Source: a virus (Duplodnaviria; Caudoviricetes). From it: 64,000 bases of DNA. Positions 28,602-38,083 of this stretch are shown here, piece after piece (position 1 is the first letter of the stretch; every line of letters starts with the position of its first letter). A program made the translations under genes and the position numbers. The stretch covers positions 24,323-88,322 of IMG/VR virus record IMGVR_UViG_3300031760_000022, one strand, 5' to 3'. The notes under the pieces were generated by a model. It made no database searches, was not told where the DNA came from, and saw only the letters and a list, made by a program, of their open reading frames with translations.

Positions 28602-28817
28602 ATGGTAATTGAAAGAACTTCTAACGCTGGAGAACCTCGTAGATGTGTATGGTGTATGTTGGATGAAATAAGTTTGGTTACAGAAGGTGTTTATGAATTT
28701 GTTAATGTTACTGATGAAGCATTGGGGGATGGGACGGAAGTTATTGTTATGAATAGTCCGGGTAAATTGCTGTTTTATCACGCAGATGATAATCGACTTT
28801 ATGATTGGAGTGTGTGA
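28602..28817 (+). CDS. Hypothetical protein (71 aa)
   Basis: AAGGGGG RBS. Confidence 0.65.
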   Translation: MVIERTSNAGEPRRCVWCMLDEISLVTEGVYEFVNVTDEALGDGTEVIVMNSPGKLLFYHADDNRLYDWSV

Positions 28818-28819
28818 TT

Positions 28820-29128
28820 ATGTCTTTTGACGCAACTAGTTTTATAATGGGACAACGGTCTATTGACCCAAATGCAGAATATTACACCAAAGCTCAAATG
28901 GATGTGTTATTAGCACAGAAACAAAATAATTTATCAATTGCAACTGGAACTATTGGAACAAATGCGACAACTGTAACAGTTAATTATAACAATGATTTTA
29001 TTGGGGCTTTTGCAAAACAAGGTAATAATATTATCCAATGTGATATTGTGGTTAATAATGGTTCTGTGGTTTTTACTTTGGCAAATAAACCTTCTTCAAA
29101 GGTTGTTTGTAGTGTTATTTATGGATAA
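28820..29128 (+). CDS. Hypothetical structural protein with one beta-rich module
   Basis: GGAG RBS; YYTKAQMD fibre motif; C-terminus resembles the repeats of 24377..25303. Confidence 0.6.
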   Translation: MSFDATSFIMGQRSIDPNAEYYTKAQMDVLLAQKQNNLSIATGTIGTNATTVTVNYNNDFIGAFAKQGNNIIQCDIVVNNGSVVFTLANKPSSKVVCSVIYG

Positions 29129-29139
29129 GGAGTGATTAG

Positions 29140-31248
29140 ATGAAATATTTAGGAAGTATTATTGATGATAAAGATTTAGTTAATAAAGAATTTGTAGAAG
29201 ATAGTATTCAAAATAATATAGATACTACATTAAATATTACTAATAAATCTGCCGATGCCAATGTCACAGGGGAAACTATTGTCGGACTTTCAGATAGAAC
29301 TAATTTTATCACAAACGCAATAAATTATGATTATGACGCTTTTGAAGATTACCCGGAAAATCCATCGTCTGGAATTGTGCTTAATCGCTACGGTATAAAG
29401 CGGGAATTGACTCAGATTACATTGAATGCGAGTAATCCGAAAGACTATGCCATAAGGATTAAGATTTCTGGAAGTATTCAAAAGACCACTAGTGTTGCTG
29501 GTGCTAGTGGATGGACTTCCGGGATACAACTTCAAGAAGGTCGTACATATCAGGTCAATACGAAATTTATCAGCGGAAGTATAACAACTCCAGAAGGTGT
29601 AAATCCTCCGTCTGTGACAGTTTACAAAGTGGGGACAGCTACACCAATCGCTACATCTACAAGGGACGGATTTGATACCGTTTCGGTGTTTACTGCCCCT
29701 GCGGAAGAAGTGAATTTGGTATTCTACATCAATTCAAATGTCGCTTTGGTGAACGCAAAATATCAGGTGGTTTTGCGTGATGTTTCGGATGTGATGGATG
29801 CAGATACAAAGGAAGAACTCAAAACGATTGCTGGGGGGGAGCCGTTCTTTCTCAAGTATAGTAAAGGAAATGTGATTACCGCTAGCGAGAGTGACCCCAA
29901 AGACCTTGATGACTTCACTACGCCGGGGAATTATTACATTATCAACCTGAACAATGCAAATTATATAGCAAATATCCCGATTCATAACGCTGGCAGACTA
30001 ATAGTCATGTCTGTAAACTCGTCTAACACCATCATGCAAATCTATATCCCTGTTGTGCAAGCGCATTTTCGTATTTATACAAGGTCTAAATATTGGGAAA
30101 ATGAATGGAGCGAATGGGCAAAGGTGCTAGATACTACTACTGTTGATTCCGCACCAACCGCTGGGAGTAATAATCTTGTATCAAGTGGTGGCGTATATGA
30201 CGCTATTAATTCTATGGTTACTGGTGATACTGTTTCAATTGTCCCTTCTGTTCAACCTAGTTCTGCTGGGAAAATTTTCTTTCCACAAGTTATTCATAGT
30301 AAGGACTTTATTACCTATGCTTATAATGGGGATGGGATAACAAGAAAGATAACACAGGGAATTTGTAGTGATGGGAAACGGTATCTTTTCTTTCCTTTCA
30401 AAGTTTACGCTGGCGAAGCGGGCGATGACGAAATTCCTGTTATGTGCAAATGGGATGTGGTTACTAATTCCCCTGTTCTTTTTGAACCCGCTGATAAATC
30501 CTACGGGCATATCGAAGATATGTGTTTTGTCCCAGCCTATGTCCCCGGTTTTGATAATGGAAATGTAGATAGGTTGTATTTAGTTGATATGAATAAAAGC
30601 ACAGAAGCCGGGGAAACAGGAACAATTCATGTTATATCTGCTGAAGATTTATCCTTTATTTCTAGTTTTGCTACTTATGACGCAGTTGATGATACTAAAA
30701 ATTTAATAAGTAAAACATTTGCTCCTTATTGGCATGGTATTTATCATGTGGGGTATTCGCCTGAACGCGAGCAATTTATGGTACATTCCGCAGACAACGA
30801 TGTTGTTGGAGAAACTACTATTCATTATCAAACACTCGCCATATTTAACGCAGATGGAACATTGGTTAAGGGCCTTAATTTTATTCGTGCAAAAGGAACT
30901 TATTGCGGGTTTGATTGTGACGCAAATTATTTATATACTACAATCTATTTAAGTACATCTGTAGATGATGTATTTAATATTTATCTTTGTGTTTTTGATT
31001 GGGAACTTAATCCTATTGGTACAGTACGAATAGACCAAATGACTTGGGAAATTGAAGGGATATGCCATATTGGAACAGATTTTTATATTTCTTGGATTAA
31101 AAAAGCTGGGAGCACACGAAACGGAATACTGATTACGAAATCTTCCTACATCAAAAATCAGACCTATGATGTAGACGAAACATTCCCGGTATCTTGGCTT
31201 GAAAGCGTTTTCAACAGGAACAACTTCCAGTATTTCACACCTGCGTAA
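29140..31248 (+). CDS. Putative receptor-binding/tail-spike protein (knob domain plus C-terminal beta-propeller)
   Basis: DLDDFTTPGNYY..QIYIP..WSEW knob motif; DSAPTAGSNNLVSSGGVY spacer; QGICSD..YGHIED..EIEGI propeller-like motifs. Confidence 0.6.
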   Translation: MKYLGSIIDDKDLVNKEFVEDSIQNNIDTTLNITNKSADANVTGETIVGLSDRTNFITNAINYDYDAFEDYPENPSSGIVLNRYGIKRELTQITLNASNPKDYAIRIKISGSIQKTTSVAGASGWTSGIQLQEGRTYQVNTKFISGSITTPEGVNPPSVTVYKVGTATPIATSTRDGFDTVSVFTAPAEEVNLVFYINSNVALVNAKYQVVLRDVSDVMDADTKEELKTIAGGEPFFLKYSKGNVITASESDPKDLDDFTTPGNYYIINLNNANYIANIPIHNAGRLIVMSVNSSNTIMQIYIPVVQAHFRIYTRSKYWENEWSEWAKVLDTTTVDSAPTAGSNNLVSSGGVYDAINSMVTGDTVSIVPSVQPSSAGKIFFPQVIHSKDFITYAYNGDGITRKITQGICSDGKRYLFFPFKVYAGEAGDDEIPVMCKWDVVTNSPVLFEPADKSYGHIEDMCFVPAYVPGFDNGNVDRLYLVDMNKSTEAGETGTIHVISAEDLSFISSFATYDAVDDTKNLISKTFAPYWHGIYHVGYSPEREQFMVHSADNDVVGETTIHYQTLAIFNADGTLVKGLNFIRAKGTYCGFDCDANYLYTTIYLSTSVDDVFNIYLCVFDWELNPIGTVRIDQMTWEIEGICHIGTDFYISWIKKAGSTRNGILITKSSYIKNQTYDVDETFPVSWLESVFNRNNFQYFTPA

Positions 31249-31309
31249 AAGGTAGATAAAAATAAAATTATATTTTATAAAATATTTGTTTAGAATAATT
31301 TTTAAGACA

Positions 31310-31365
31310 AATAAATAAAAAAAGAGAGATAAATTTAATTATTTATCTCTCTTTTTTTATTTATT
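31310..31365. terminator. Bidirectional terminator between convergent genome arms
   Basis: 25-bp perfect inverted repeat with A/T tracts on both sides. Confidence 0.85.
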
Positions 31366-31798
31366 TTCCAGAACTTCCAAATCCACCAATTCCACGTTCT
31401 GTAGAACTTAATTCTTCAGATTCTACAAGATTACATTCAATACAAGAATGGATAATCATCTGAGCAATTTTTTCGTTAGGTGAAATTTGTCTAATATAAG
31501 TATTACTATCATTATGAATAGCAACAATAACTTCGCCTCTGTAAGAGCTATCAACAACACCAACACAATTAGCTGGGCGCAGATTTTCCTTTGTAGCTAA
31601 ACCAGACCTAGCATAGATTCCACCAAAATATCCTTCAGGAATTTCCCAAGCAAATCCAATAGGAATCATAACGGTTTCGTGTGGGGGGATGTAAACATTT
31701 TCTTCTAAGCAAGCATACAAATCAAATCCTGCGTCTGTTGGATGTGCTTTAGTAGGAATCTTTGCGTTATCGTGCAATCTTTTAATTTTAATTTCCAT
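31361..31798 (-). CDS. dut: dUTP diphosphatase (trimeric)
   Basis: DAGFDL, ARSGLA, GVVDSSYRGE, RGIGGFGSSG motifs. Confidence 0.95.
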   Translation of the reverse strand: MEIKIKRLHDNAKIPTKAHPTDAGFDLYACLEENVYIPPHETVMIPIGFAWEIPEGYFGGIYARSGLATKENLRPANCVGVVDSSYRGEVIVAIHNDSNTYIRQISPNEKIAQMIIHSCIECNLVESEELSSTERGIGGFGSSGK

Positions 31799-31814
31799 TT
31801 GTTTTCCTTTCAAA

Positions 31815-32516
31815 TTAAGTAAGTTTGTTTAAAAGTTTATCAACAACTTTCTTTTTATTTGGGAATCGTCCGCATCCATTCTTTTCAGGACACCAAAGAA
31901 GATAATCGCATTGGGGGACAAGATATTCTTTTAATTCTGGCAGAACGGCAAGTGTAGTCCTACGAATAAGATTAGTTAATTCTCTAATGGGCCTTTCTGC
32001 CCTGTTACAAAGGCGTTTATGACAAAGATGAATTAACGCTTCTAAGGTAAAAGCAATATCAACAGAACTAAATGTTGCCATAGGAAGAATATATCTGGCC
32101 TGTTCATTTGCGTGTTCTACTGTAAAACCTCTATCAATAATATAGTTTTTTATGTCAGAATAAAGATTTTTACATTCATCCATATATCTACTATATCTTT
32201 CAGAAAGTTGCGTATTTGTTAATATTTCGTCAGGAATATCATAGAAAAAATTATCTTTGTTTACATATCTAAAAGATTGAACATTTTTTACAACACCTTG
32301 TTCATGCCGTACAAGTTGGTCAACAAGAAATCTAGGCACATCTTCAATTCTAAAAGCAATATATCTCCATCGGCTACCAGAAAAATGTTCAGATTCAAGG
32401 CAATGTTGTCCTATCTTTTGTGGATTAGAATTACTATCATAACATACTGAAGCAAAATTGCCCCAATCAGATAGTAGGGATTTGGCTTCAACTGGATTAA
32501 GAATCGTTACTTTCAT
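31815..32516 (-). CDS. thyX: FAD-dependent thymidylate synthase
   Basis: QLVRH..VQSFRY, EQARYILP, KRLC motifs (divergent). Confidence 0.8.
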   Translation of the reverse strand: MKVTILNPVEAKSLLSDWGNFASVCYDSNSNPQKIGQHCLESEHFSGSRWRYIAFRIEDVPRFLVDQLVRHEQGVVKNVQSFRYVNKDNFFYDIPDEILTNTQLSERYSRYMDECKNLYSDIKNYIIDRGFTVEHANEQARYILPMATFSSVDIAFTLEALIHLCHKRLCNRAERPIRELTNLIRRTTLAVLPELKEYLVPQCDYLLWCPEKNGCGRFPNKKKVVDKLLNKLT

Positions 32517-32518
32517 AT

Positions 32519-32752
32519 TTAATCTTCCCAATTATATTCTTCAACAAAAATATTGACTTCGGGAAAAGAATCGTCACTATAAGAATAATCATACAATACA
32601 TTGATTACTTTATAGACTTCATCTTCTACTTTTGCACGATTTCCTAAACAAATTAGTTCTTTTTTGTGGGGGATAAGATAATCTTTTGTGTCACCAAGAC
32701 AGCAAAAAAGTTGTTCGTGACCTAATTTCCCTTTGTAAATATTAATTTTCAT
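32519..32752 (-). CDS. Hypothetical protein
   Basis: 77-aa ORF within operon. Confidence 0.6.
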   Translation of the reverse strand: MKINIYKGKLGHEQLFCCLGDTKDYLIPHKKELICLGNRAKVEDEVYKVINVLYDYSYSDDSFPEVNIFVEEYNWED

Positions 32753-32941
32753 TTAATTTTCCTTTCTTTCTTTAACATATAATCCACAATGGCATTCACC
32801 TTCAAGCTGTTCCCTAAATTCTTTACACATACATTTAGTATCTGGGGTTTTTTCTAGCTTACATGGGCAATATCCTTGATTATTTTTTAATGCTCTTAAT
32901 ACCACTTCTTTAACATCTTCATCTGTTGTAAATCTAATCAA
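32753..32941 (-). CDS. Ferredoxin-thioredoxin reductase catalytic subunit-like protein
   Basis: GYCPC..CMC..ECHCGLY Cys pattern. Confidence 0.75.
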   Translation of the reverse strand: MIRFTTDEDVKEVVLRALKNNQGYCPCKLEKTPDTKCMCKEFREQLEGECHCGLYVKERKEN

Positions 32942-33420
32942 CTTATCACCTCCGCATATTGATTATCAGATACTAATTCGATTCCAAGAATTTCATCATA
33001 TCTATGTTTTGCATTTGGAATAAATCTTCCAAATTTTACAATGATATTATTATAATTTTTAAGGCGATTTAAAGAATTTTCTATTTCATAAGGATAGTAC
33101 CCTGTGTAAATAACAAAGGGTGAATTGTTATTATTTTTCCTAAAGTAATCAATGATTTGTATAACTTCATTGATTTGGTCTATTGGTTCTAATCCTCCTA
33201 TAACTATTGCTTTGGTTATAGGATTTTTTATGAACATATTATAAATGATTTCTGGTGAAATGTCAAGTGTTTTTTGTTTGGTGATAGAAGAATTTTGACA
33301 CATTGATATATCTAAATTTTGTTCTATACAGCATTTCCAATTACAGACGGAAGAAATTATAAACATGGAAGGTTGTTTGTAATTTATAAAATCTTCCGCA
33401 ATTATTGATTTTACTCTCAC
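32938..33420 (-). CDS. nrdG: Anaerobic RNR activase (radical SAM)
   Basis: Directly after nrdD; CNWKC..CQN, IGGLEP, IYTGY, KFGRF. Confidence 0.8.
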   Translation of the reverse strand: MRVKSIIAEDFINYKQPSMFIISSVCNWKCCIEQNLDISMCQNSSITKQKTLDISPEIIYNMFIKNPITKAIVIGGLEPIDQINEVIQIIDYFRKNNNNSPFVIYTGYYPYEIENSLNRLKNYNNIIVKFGRFIPNAKHRYDEILGIELVSDNQYAEVIS

Positions 33421-35351
33421 ATTATACCTTCTTTGGAAGTAATATCATACCATTTTCTTTTATCAAATTCTTTCTTTCTAATTTTTTGATAAGAAGATAT
33501 AGGGACATAAAATCCAACCACACGGGCATAAGTGTCATTTATTGGTTCGCCACAAATGGGACAAGTAGAACTTCCTATAAAAGCGTGTTTGTGTTTACAC
33601 ACTGAAATTTTTGTTGTAAATGCAAAATAAATCACACCTTGAGAAGCAACATAATTTAACATTTCCCAAGCTGTTTCTTCGTTTGGGAATCTTCCTTCAA
33701 CATTTATATGGGCAATACAACCGCCTCCACATAATTTATCAAACAAAGAACCAAGTTTACATTTTTCTTGAATTGTGCATTTTTCCATAAGAGGAATCCA
33801 TTGATTGGACAAAATAAAATATCTATCATCTTCATATAAAAGATTGTTGGCTGTTGCCATTACTCCAGCACAATTTTCTGCGGGTATCATTTCTACATTA
33901 TATTTAAAATCACAATTATTATTTTTTACAAAACTATCTTTTATTTCATTTATTGTGTTTAAAATTTCTGTTGTAAAATCAATTGCTTCTTCAGAATAAT
34001 ATTTGTTTCCTAATTCATCCGTATTGATATACCCAAACATATCCATAACTTCAAAGATTCCAATACCGCCAATAGTACAAAATTGTTTATCAAATTCAAT
34101 AGCACCTTCTTGATAGTTTGGTAAAAGTCCTTTTTCAATATTTCTTTTAAGAATATGTCGCATAGAATAAAGGGCTTTACAATTTAATTCTGTACGCTCT
34201 TTAAGAATTTGAATATATTTGCTTTTATTAAATTTAGATTCATATGCAATTCTAGCAAGATTAATTGTGCTTACACGACAAGACCCAACAGAAAGCGCTG
34301 TACCACCAATAGAATTTATAAAAGGGTCAAGTTCAGAAGTGTCACTTAATAAGCGGCAACAATTACTTAAAACACCAACATTATCACTTACAAAGAAATT
34401 GCTATCCGACCATTTAATATTATGATTACTACACCATCTAGCAAAAGGTTCGTCTTGGAATTTTCCGTCAACATAAAGTAATGAATATGTTAAAATAGGA
34501 TAAGTAAACATATTTTCTTCTCTAATTTTACTAACAACTTCCATAAATACTTGTTGACATTTAATTAATTCTTCAATTTGGTCTATTGCAAAACTTCCGT
34601 CTGGAAATTCAACACCCCCAAAAAGTGCTTCAAGATAACACCTATCAAAAATTGAAACATTAGTAAAACTACTTTGGTCTATTCTAAGGAAGGGCTGATT
34701 CAAACGATAAATAAATTTTTGAAATTGCTGTCGAATGTAATAATCAGGGTCTTTCATATAATACCCTTGTTCAACATCTTTCTTCCAAAAATAATAAGCC
34801 CAAATTATAACATTGGGTAGCCCAACTGCGCCCGATTGACGGTTAGATAAGAAAGAAACAAATTCAATTACATCATCAAAGTAGGTTGTCAAATGTTTCG
34901 GCGCTTGATTATTGTAATTCTTTAAGAAGAATAAACCTTCATTAGCAAGTCGAGTTAAATCATTCGCCCAACAGTAGGGAAAATAACTGGCCGTTGCAGA
35001 ATCATTTAAATAAAATGCTTTGCTAAATTCACATTCTAACCATTGCTTTGCTGTTCGTAATCCCCATTGTTTCTTTATAGTGGTAAAAATTTTATTTAAT
35101 CCAAATAATTTATCTTCACTTTTACCTTTTTCAGTCATAAAACTACGAATATCTCTATTGTTGGCGTTGGCATTTGGGTCAACACTAACATCTGCAAGGG
35201 TATCTTTAGTAACAAAATTATCAATAAATTCAGAAAAATCAAGTTGGCTTGGGTGGACTCCGTTTATATATTCAAAATCTTCACCGTATTTTTTCTTTAA
35301 ATCTTCTAAACATCTTTCAAAATCTTTATTAAGTTTAAGTGTAATTTCCAT
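33417..35351 (-). CDS. nrdD: Anaerobic ribonucleoside-triphosphate reductase (class III)
   Basis: SNCCRL finger loop, IPAEN, CxxH/CPIC zinc site, RVVGFY glycyl-radical loop. Confidence 0.93.
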   Translation of the reverse strand: MEITLKLNKDFERCLEDLKKKYGEDFEYINGVHPSQLDFSEFIDNFVTKDTLADVSVDPNANANNRDIRSFMTEKGKSEDKLFGLNKIFTTIKKQWGLRTAKQWLECEFSKAFYLNDSATASYFPYCWANDLTRLANEGLFFLKNYNNQAPKHLTTYFDDVIEFVSFLSNRQSGAVGLPNVIIWAYYFWKKDVEQGYYMKDPDYYIRQQFQKFIYRLNQPFLRIDQSSFTNVSIFDRCYLEALFGGVEFPDGSFAIDQIEELIKCQQVFMEVVSKIREENMFTYPILTYSLLYVDGKFQDEPFARWCSNHNIKWSDSNFFVSDNVGVLSNCCRLLSDTSELDPFINSIGGTALSVGSCRVSTINLARIAYESKFNKSKYIQILKERTELNCKALYSMRHILKRNIEKGLLPNYQEGAIEFDKQFCTIGGIGIFEVMDMFGYINTDELGNKYYSEEAIDFTTEILNTINEIKDSFVKNNNCDFKYNVEMIPAENCAGVMATANNLLYEDDRYFILSNQWIPLMEKCTIQEKCKLGSLFDKLCGGGCIAHINVEGRFPNEETAWEMLNYVASQGVIYFAFTTKISVCKHKHAFIGSSTCPICGEPINDTYARVVGFYVPISSYQKIRKKEFDKRKWYDITSKEGIM

Positions 35352-35352
35352 T

Positions 35353-35559
35353 TTATCCTCCTTGTCTATTAACCCATTCTACTGCTTCTTTAAAATTAAG
35401 AATATTTCCATTAACTTCAAGATAAGGAAGGATGGTTAAATTGTTTTCTTTCATATAATTTTCGTCTTTACATATATTATATGAAATATTTTTAGCTTTT
35501 AATTTTGATTCTAATACTTTACATTTGGGACAGTCTATTGTATATAATACAATATCCAA
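35353..35559 (-). CDS. Glutaredoxin/NrdH-like redoxin
   Basis: YTIDCPKCKVL, LPYLEVNG. Confidence 0.85.
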   Translation of the reverse strand: MDIVLYTIDCPKCKVLESKLKAKNISYNICKDENYMKENNLTILPYLEVNGNILNFKEAVEWVNRQGG

Positions 35560-35571
35560 ATAAATTCCTCC

Positions 35572-35790
35572 TTACAATATTTCTACATTTAGTTCATCAA
35601 TTTTTGACCCGCAATAATCTTCTTGAGATTCATAATCAATGTAACAATCTTCAAGAACTTTGCAGATTGCTTCATAACCAGAATCTTCTTTTGCCTTTGT
35701 TGCAAGGTCAAGAACTTTGTCCATATCTACATCATCATCTACAATAAATTTATGAAAACGCAAAATTGTTTCTGTAACTAGATATTCCAT
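35572..35790 (-). CDS. Hypothetical protein
   Basis: 72 aa with AAGGAGG RBS. Confidence 0.65.
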   Translation of the reverse strand: MEYLVTETILRFHKFIVDDDVDMDKVLDLATKAKEDSGYEAICKVLEDCYIDYESQEDYCGSKIDELNVEIL

Positions 35791-35802
35791 AATTTCCTCC
35801 TT

Positions 35803-38022
35803 TTAGTTTTTGGCATTAGATGACTTAATAAGTTCATTAAGCCAAGTAGACCTATCAATAGTTTCTACTTTGTTTAATCCGTTTTCTACAGCTTCCTTGT
35901 TCACTATTTCAACAAGTTTATTTTGTGCTCTTGTGGCGGCAACATACAAAAGATTTCTAGTAACCATTCTACCATGATTTTCCCCGATAACAGAAATTAC
36001 AGCTTTAGCCTGTGTTCCCTGAGATTTGTGAACAGATATTGCATACCCCAAAAGTAGATTGGCTGTTGTTTTATTATCAAAACAAATAATTTTTTCATCA
36101 AACTGAATATACATGGTGAACTTCCCAGAATCATCACAATCAATACTACGAATAACACCAATATCACCATTCATTATAGGACAGGTTATATTAGAAATAT
36201 AATATTCTCCAACTTCGTCAATATCAGCGACAATAGATTTATAGTTGTTTTTTGTGTTGATAACCCTATCTCCTACATGAAATTCAATTTGTTTTACAGG
36301 GCGATTTTTTACAGGATAAATAATTTTATTTGGATTAGAATTAAACTTTTTTTGAATAGCCTCATTGATTGTATAAGTCCCAAGATTAGATTTGTTATAA
36401 GGACAAAGGATAAGAATATCATTTTTTGTATAACCTTCAAGAAGAAGATTATTATATTCTTCTACTATTTGTTCAAGGGGTGTATTATCAATATCAATAT
36501 ATTTATAATCATTATCTTGGAAATTATTGTTTTGTCTGCCAGTAAAATCACCATTTCTAGTGTTTGTTGCTACTGTGGCAATACCAGAAGAACCGTAACG
36601 AAAGATTTTGTTAAGTTTAGTGGTAGGAATAATATCGGCATTGATAATATCTTCTACAATATTTCCGCAACTAATAGAAGCTAGCTGTGCATTGTCACAA
36701 ATGAAAATAACTTTAGTTGTTTCAGGAATAAGTGAAAACACATTGGACAACAAATGAACACCAACACAAGACATTTCATCAATGATTACATAGTCATATA
36801 CTTCAGAATCAAAATCGTTTCTTGCTAGTGCCATGTGAATTGTACTTGCCCTTCTATGAGTAGATTCTTTTAATCTTTTTGCCGCAATTCCGGTAGGAGC
36901 GAGAAGAATATAAGTTTTCCCATAAGCGTCAAGCATTTCTATTAGGGCTTTAGTTGCAGAAGTTTTACCAGAACCAGCGGGGCCAATCATCATACCAATA
37001 CTTTTATCGTTTGCAATTTGACAAATTTTATTCTGTTCATCTGTCATTTCAAAACCATCTACAATCTTAAACTGTTTCCAATCCATAGAATCAGGAATAG
37101 GATAATTAACACGCTTTATAATGTTATCGGCAATATTCTGTTCCGCTTCAAATGTAGACTTAAATCCACATTTTTTAGTTTCATTATCATAATAAATGTT
37201 TTCATCATTTTTGACAACAGAAACAATAAAAGAACCAACTTCAGGATAATCTTCTTCTACAACTTCTTTTAGGATTCTAGCGTCAATATTTGTATCACCT
37301 TCCAATTCATTTTGCTTAAAGATTTCATAAATACAATACTTACATCTTTCTTCACTTGCAAGAAATTCAGGCAACCCAGAAATAATAGTAGAATCAATTT
37401 TATTAAACGCCCATTCTGTGTATGTGGTCAGCATTTCATAGGGATGGTTTTTATAGGCTTCCTCCCAAATGTCAGGGTTTTTATAAGCAAAAAAGAACTT
37501 AGAAACAACAGAAAAATCGGTAATATTATAAGGCTTGGTACGAGAAAAAAACAAAAATACTCCAAAATTTTCTTTGATTTTATTACAATAATCAGTAAAT
37601 CTAAAGTCACCAACATTATAAATGTTCTTAGGGTCAATTTCAGATTCTTTATTATTCAACACAAGCTCTACAAAATTAGGATAAGCGTTATTAACATTCT
37701 TTGCTTGGTCTTTAGTCATAATCTGCTGAAGCAACATTAGTTCGTGGTTGGGGTCTACTTGAATTTCCCCACTAAAAGAAACACCAGAATACCCATTAAC
37801 AATATAGCTTGCAGGATATTTAGATTCATTATCACAGGTTATATCAAGACTGACAGATTGATTCAACACAAGCCCCATAAGATTATAACCAGAAAGAGTA
37901 AAATTGCCATATTTATTAAGTTCAACTTGTGCGTTCCAATCATTAGGAACACAAGATAAAACACGATAATCGTTTTCTGGATTGTAAAAAACTTGTTTAA
38001 TGGGTGTAAGTGTAAGTTCCAT
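35803..38022 (-). CDS. RecD2-like SF1B helicase
   Basis: GPAGSGKT, IIDEMS, QLASI, FHVGDRVINTKN, SVHKSQG, YVAATRA. Confidence 0.9.
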   Translation of the reverse strand: MELTLTPIKQVFYNPENDYRVLSCVPNDWNAQVELNKYGNFTLSGYNLMGLVLNQSVSLDITCDNESKYPASYIVNGYSGVSFSGEIQVDPNHELMLLQQIMTKDQAKNVNNAYPNFVELVLNNKESEIDPKNIYNVGDFRFTDYCNKIKENFGVFLFFSRTKPYNITDFSVVSKFFFAYKNPDIWEEAYKNHPYEMLTTYTEWAFNKIDSTIISGLPEFLASEERCKYCIYEIFKQNELEGDTNIDARILKEVVEEDYPEVGSFIVSVVKNDENIYYDNETKKCGFKSTFEAEQNIADNIIKRVNYPIPDSMDWKQFKIVDGFEMTDEQNKICQIANDKSIGMMIGPAGSGKTSATKALIEMLDAYGKTYILLAPTGIAAKRLKESTHRRASTIHMALARNDFDSEVYDYVIIDEMSCVGVHLLSNVFSLIPETTKVIFICDNAQLASISCGNIVEDIINADIIPTTKLNKIFRYGSSGIATVATNTRNGDFTGRQNNNFQDNDYKYIDIDNTPLEQIVEEYNNLLLEGYTKNDILILCPYNKSNLGTYTINEAIQKKFNSNPNKIIYPVKNRPVKQIEFHVGDRVINTKNNYKSIVADIDEVGEYYISNITCPIMNGDIGVIRSIDCDDSGKFTMYIQFDEKIICFDNKTTANLLLGYAISVHKSQGTQAKAVISVIGENHGRMVTRNLLYVAATRAQNKLVEIVNKEAVENGLNKVETIDRSTWLNELIKSSNAKN

Positions 38023-38026
38023 TATA

Positions 38027-38080
38027 AAAATCCCCTTTCTGTGATACTGTGATTATACCACATCAAGGGGATTTTGTCAA
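38027..38080 (-). promoter_or_regulatory. SigmaA promoter within an 11-bp inverted repeat (recD2)
   Basis: TTGACA-17-TATAAT; arms 38027-38037 and 38065-38075; downstream arm overlaps the SD. Confidence 0.85.
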
Positions 38081-38083
38081 GAA

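Noticed and set aside
25316-31248. Diversity-generating retroelement acting on fibre genes
   Set aside because: No reverse transcriptase in the window and no adenine-mismatched TR/VR pair seen.
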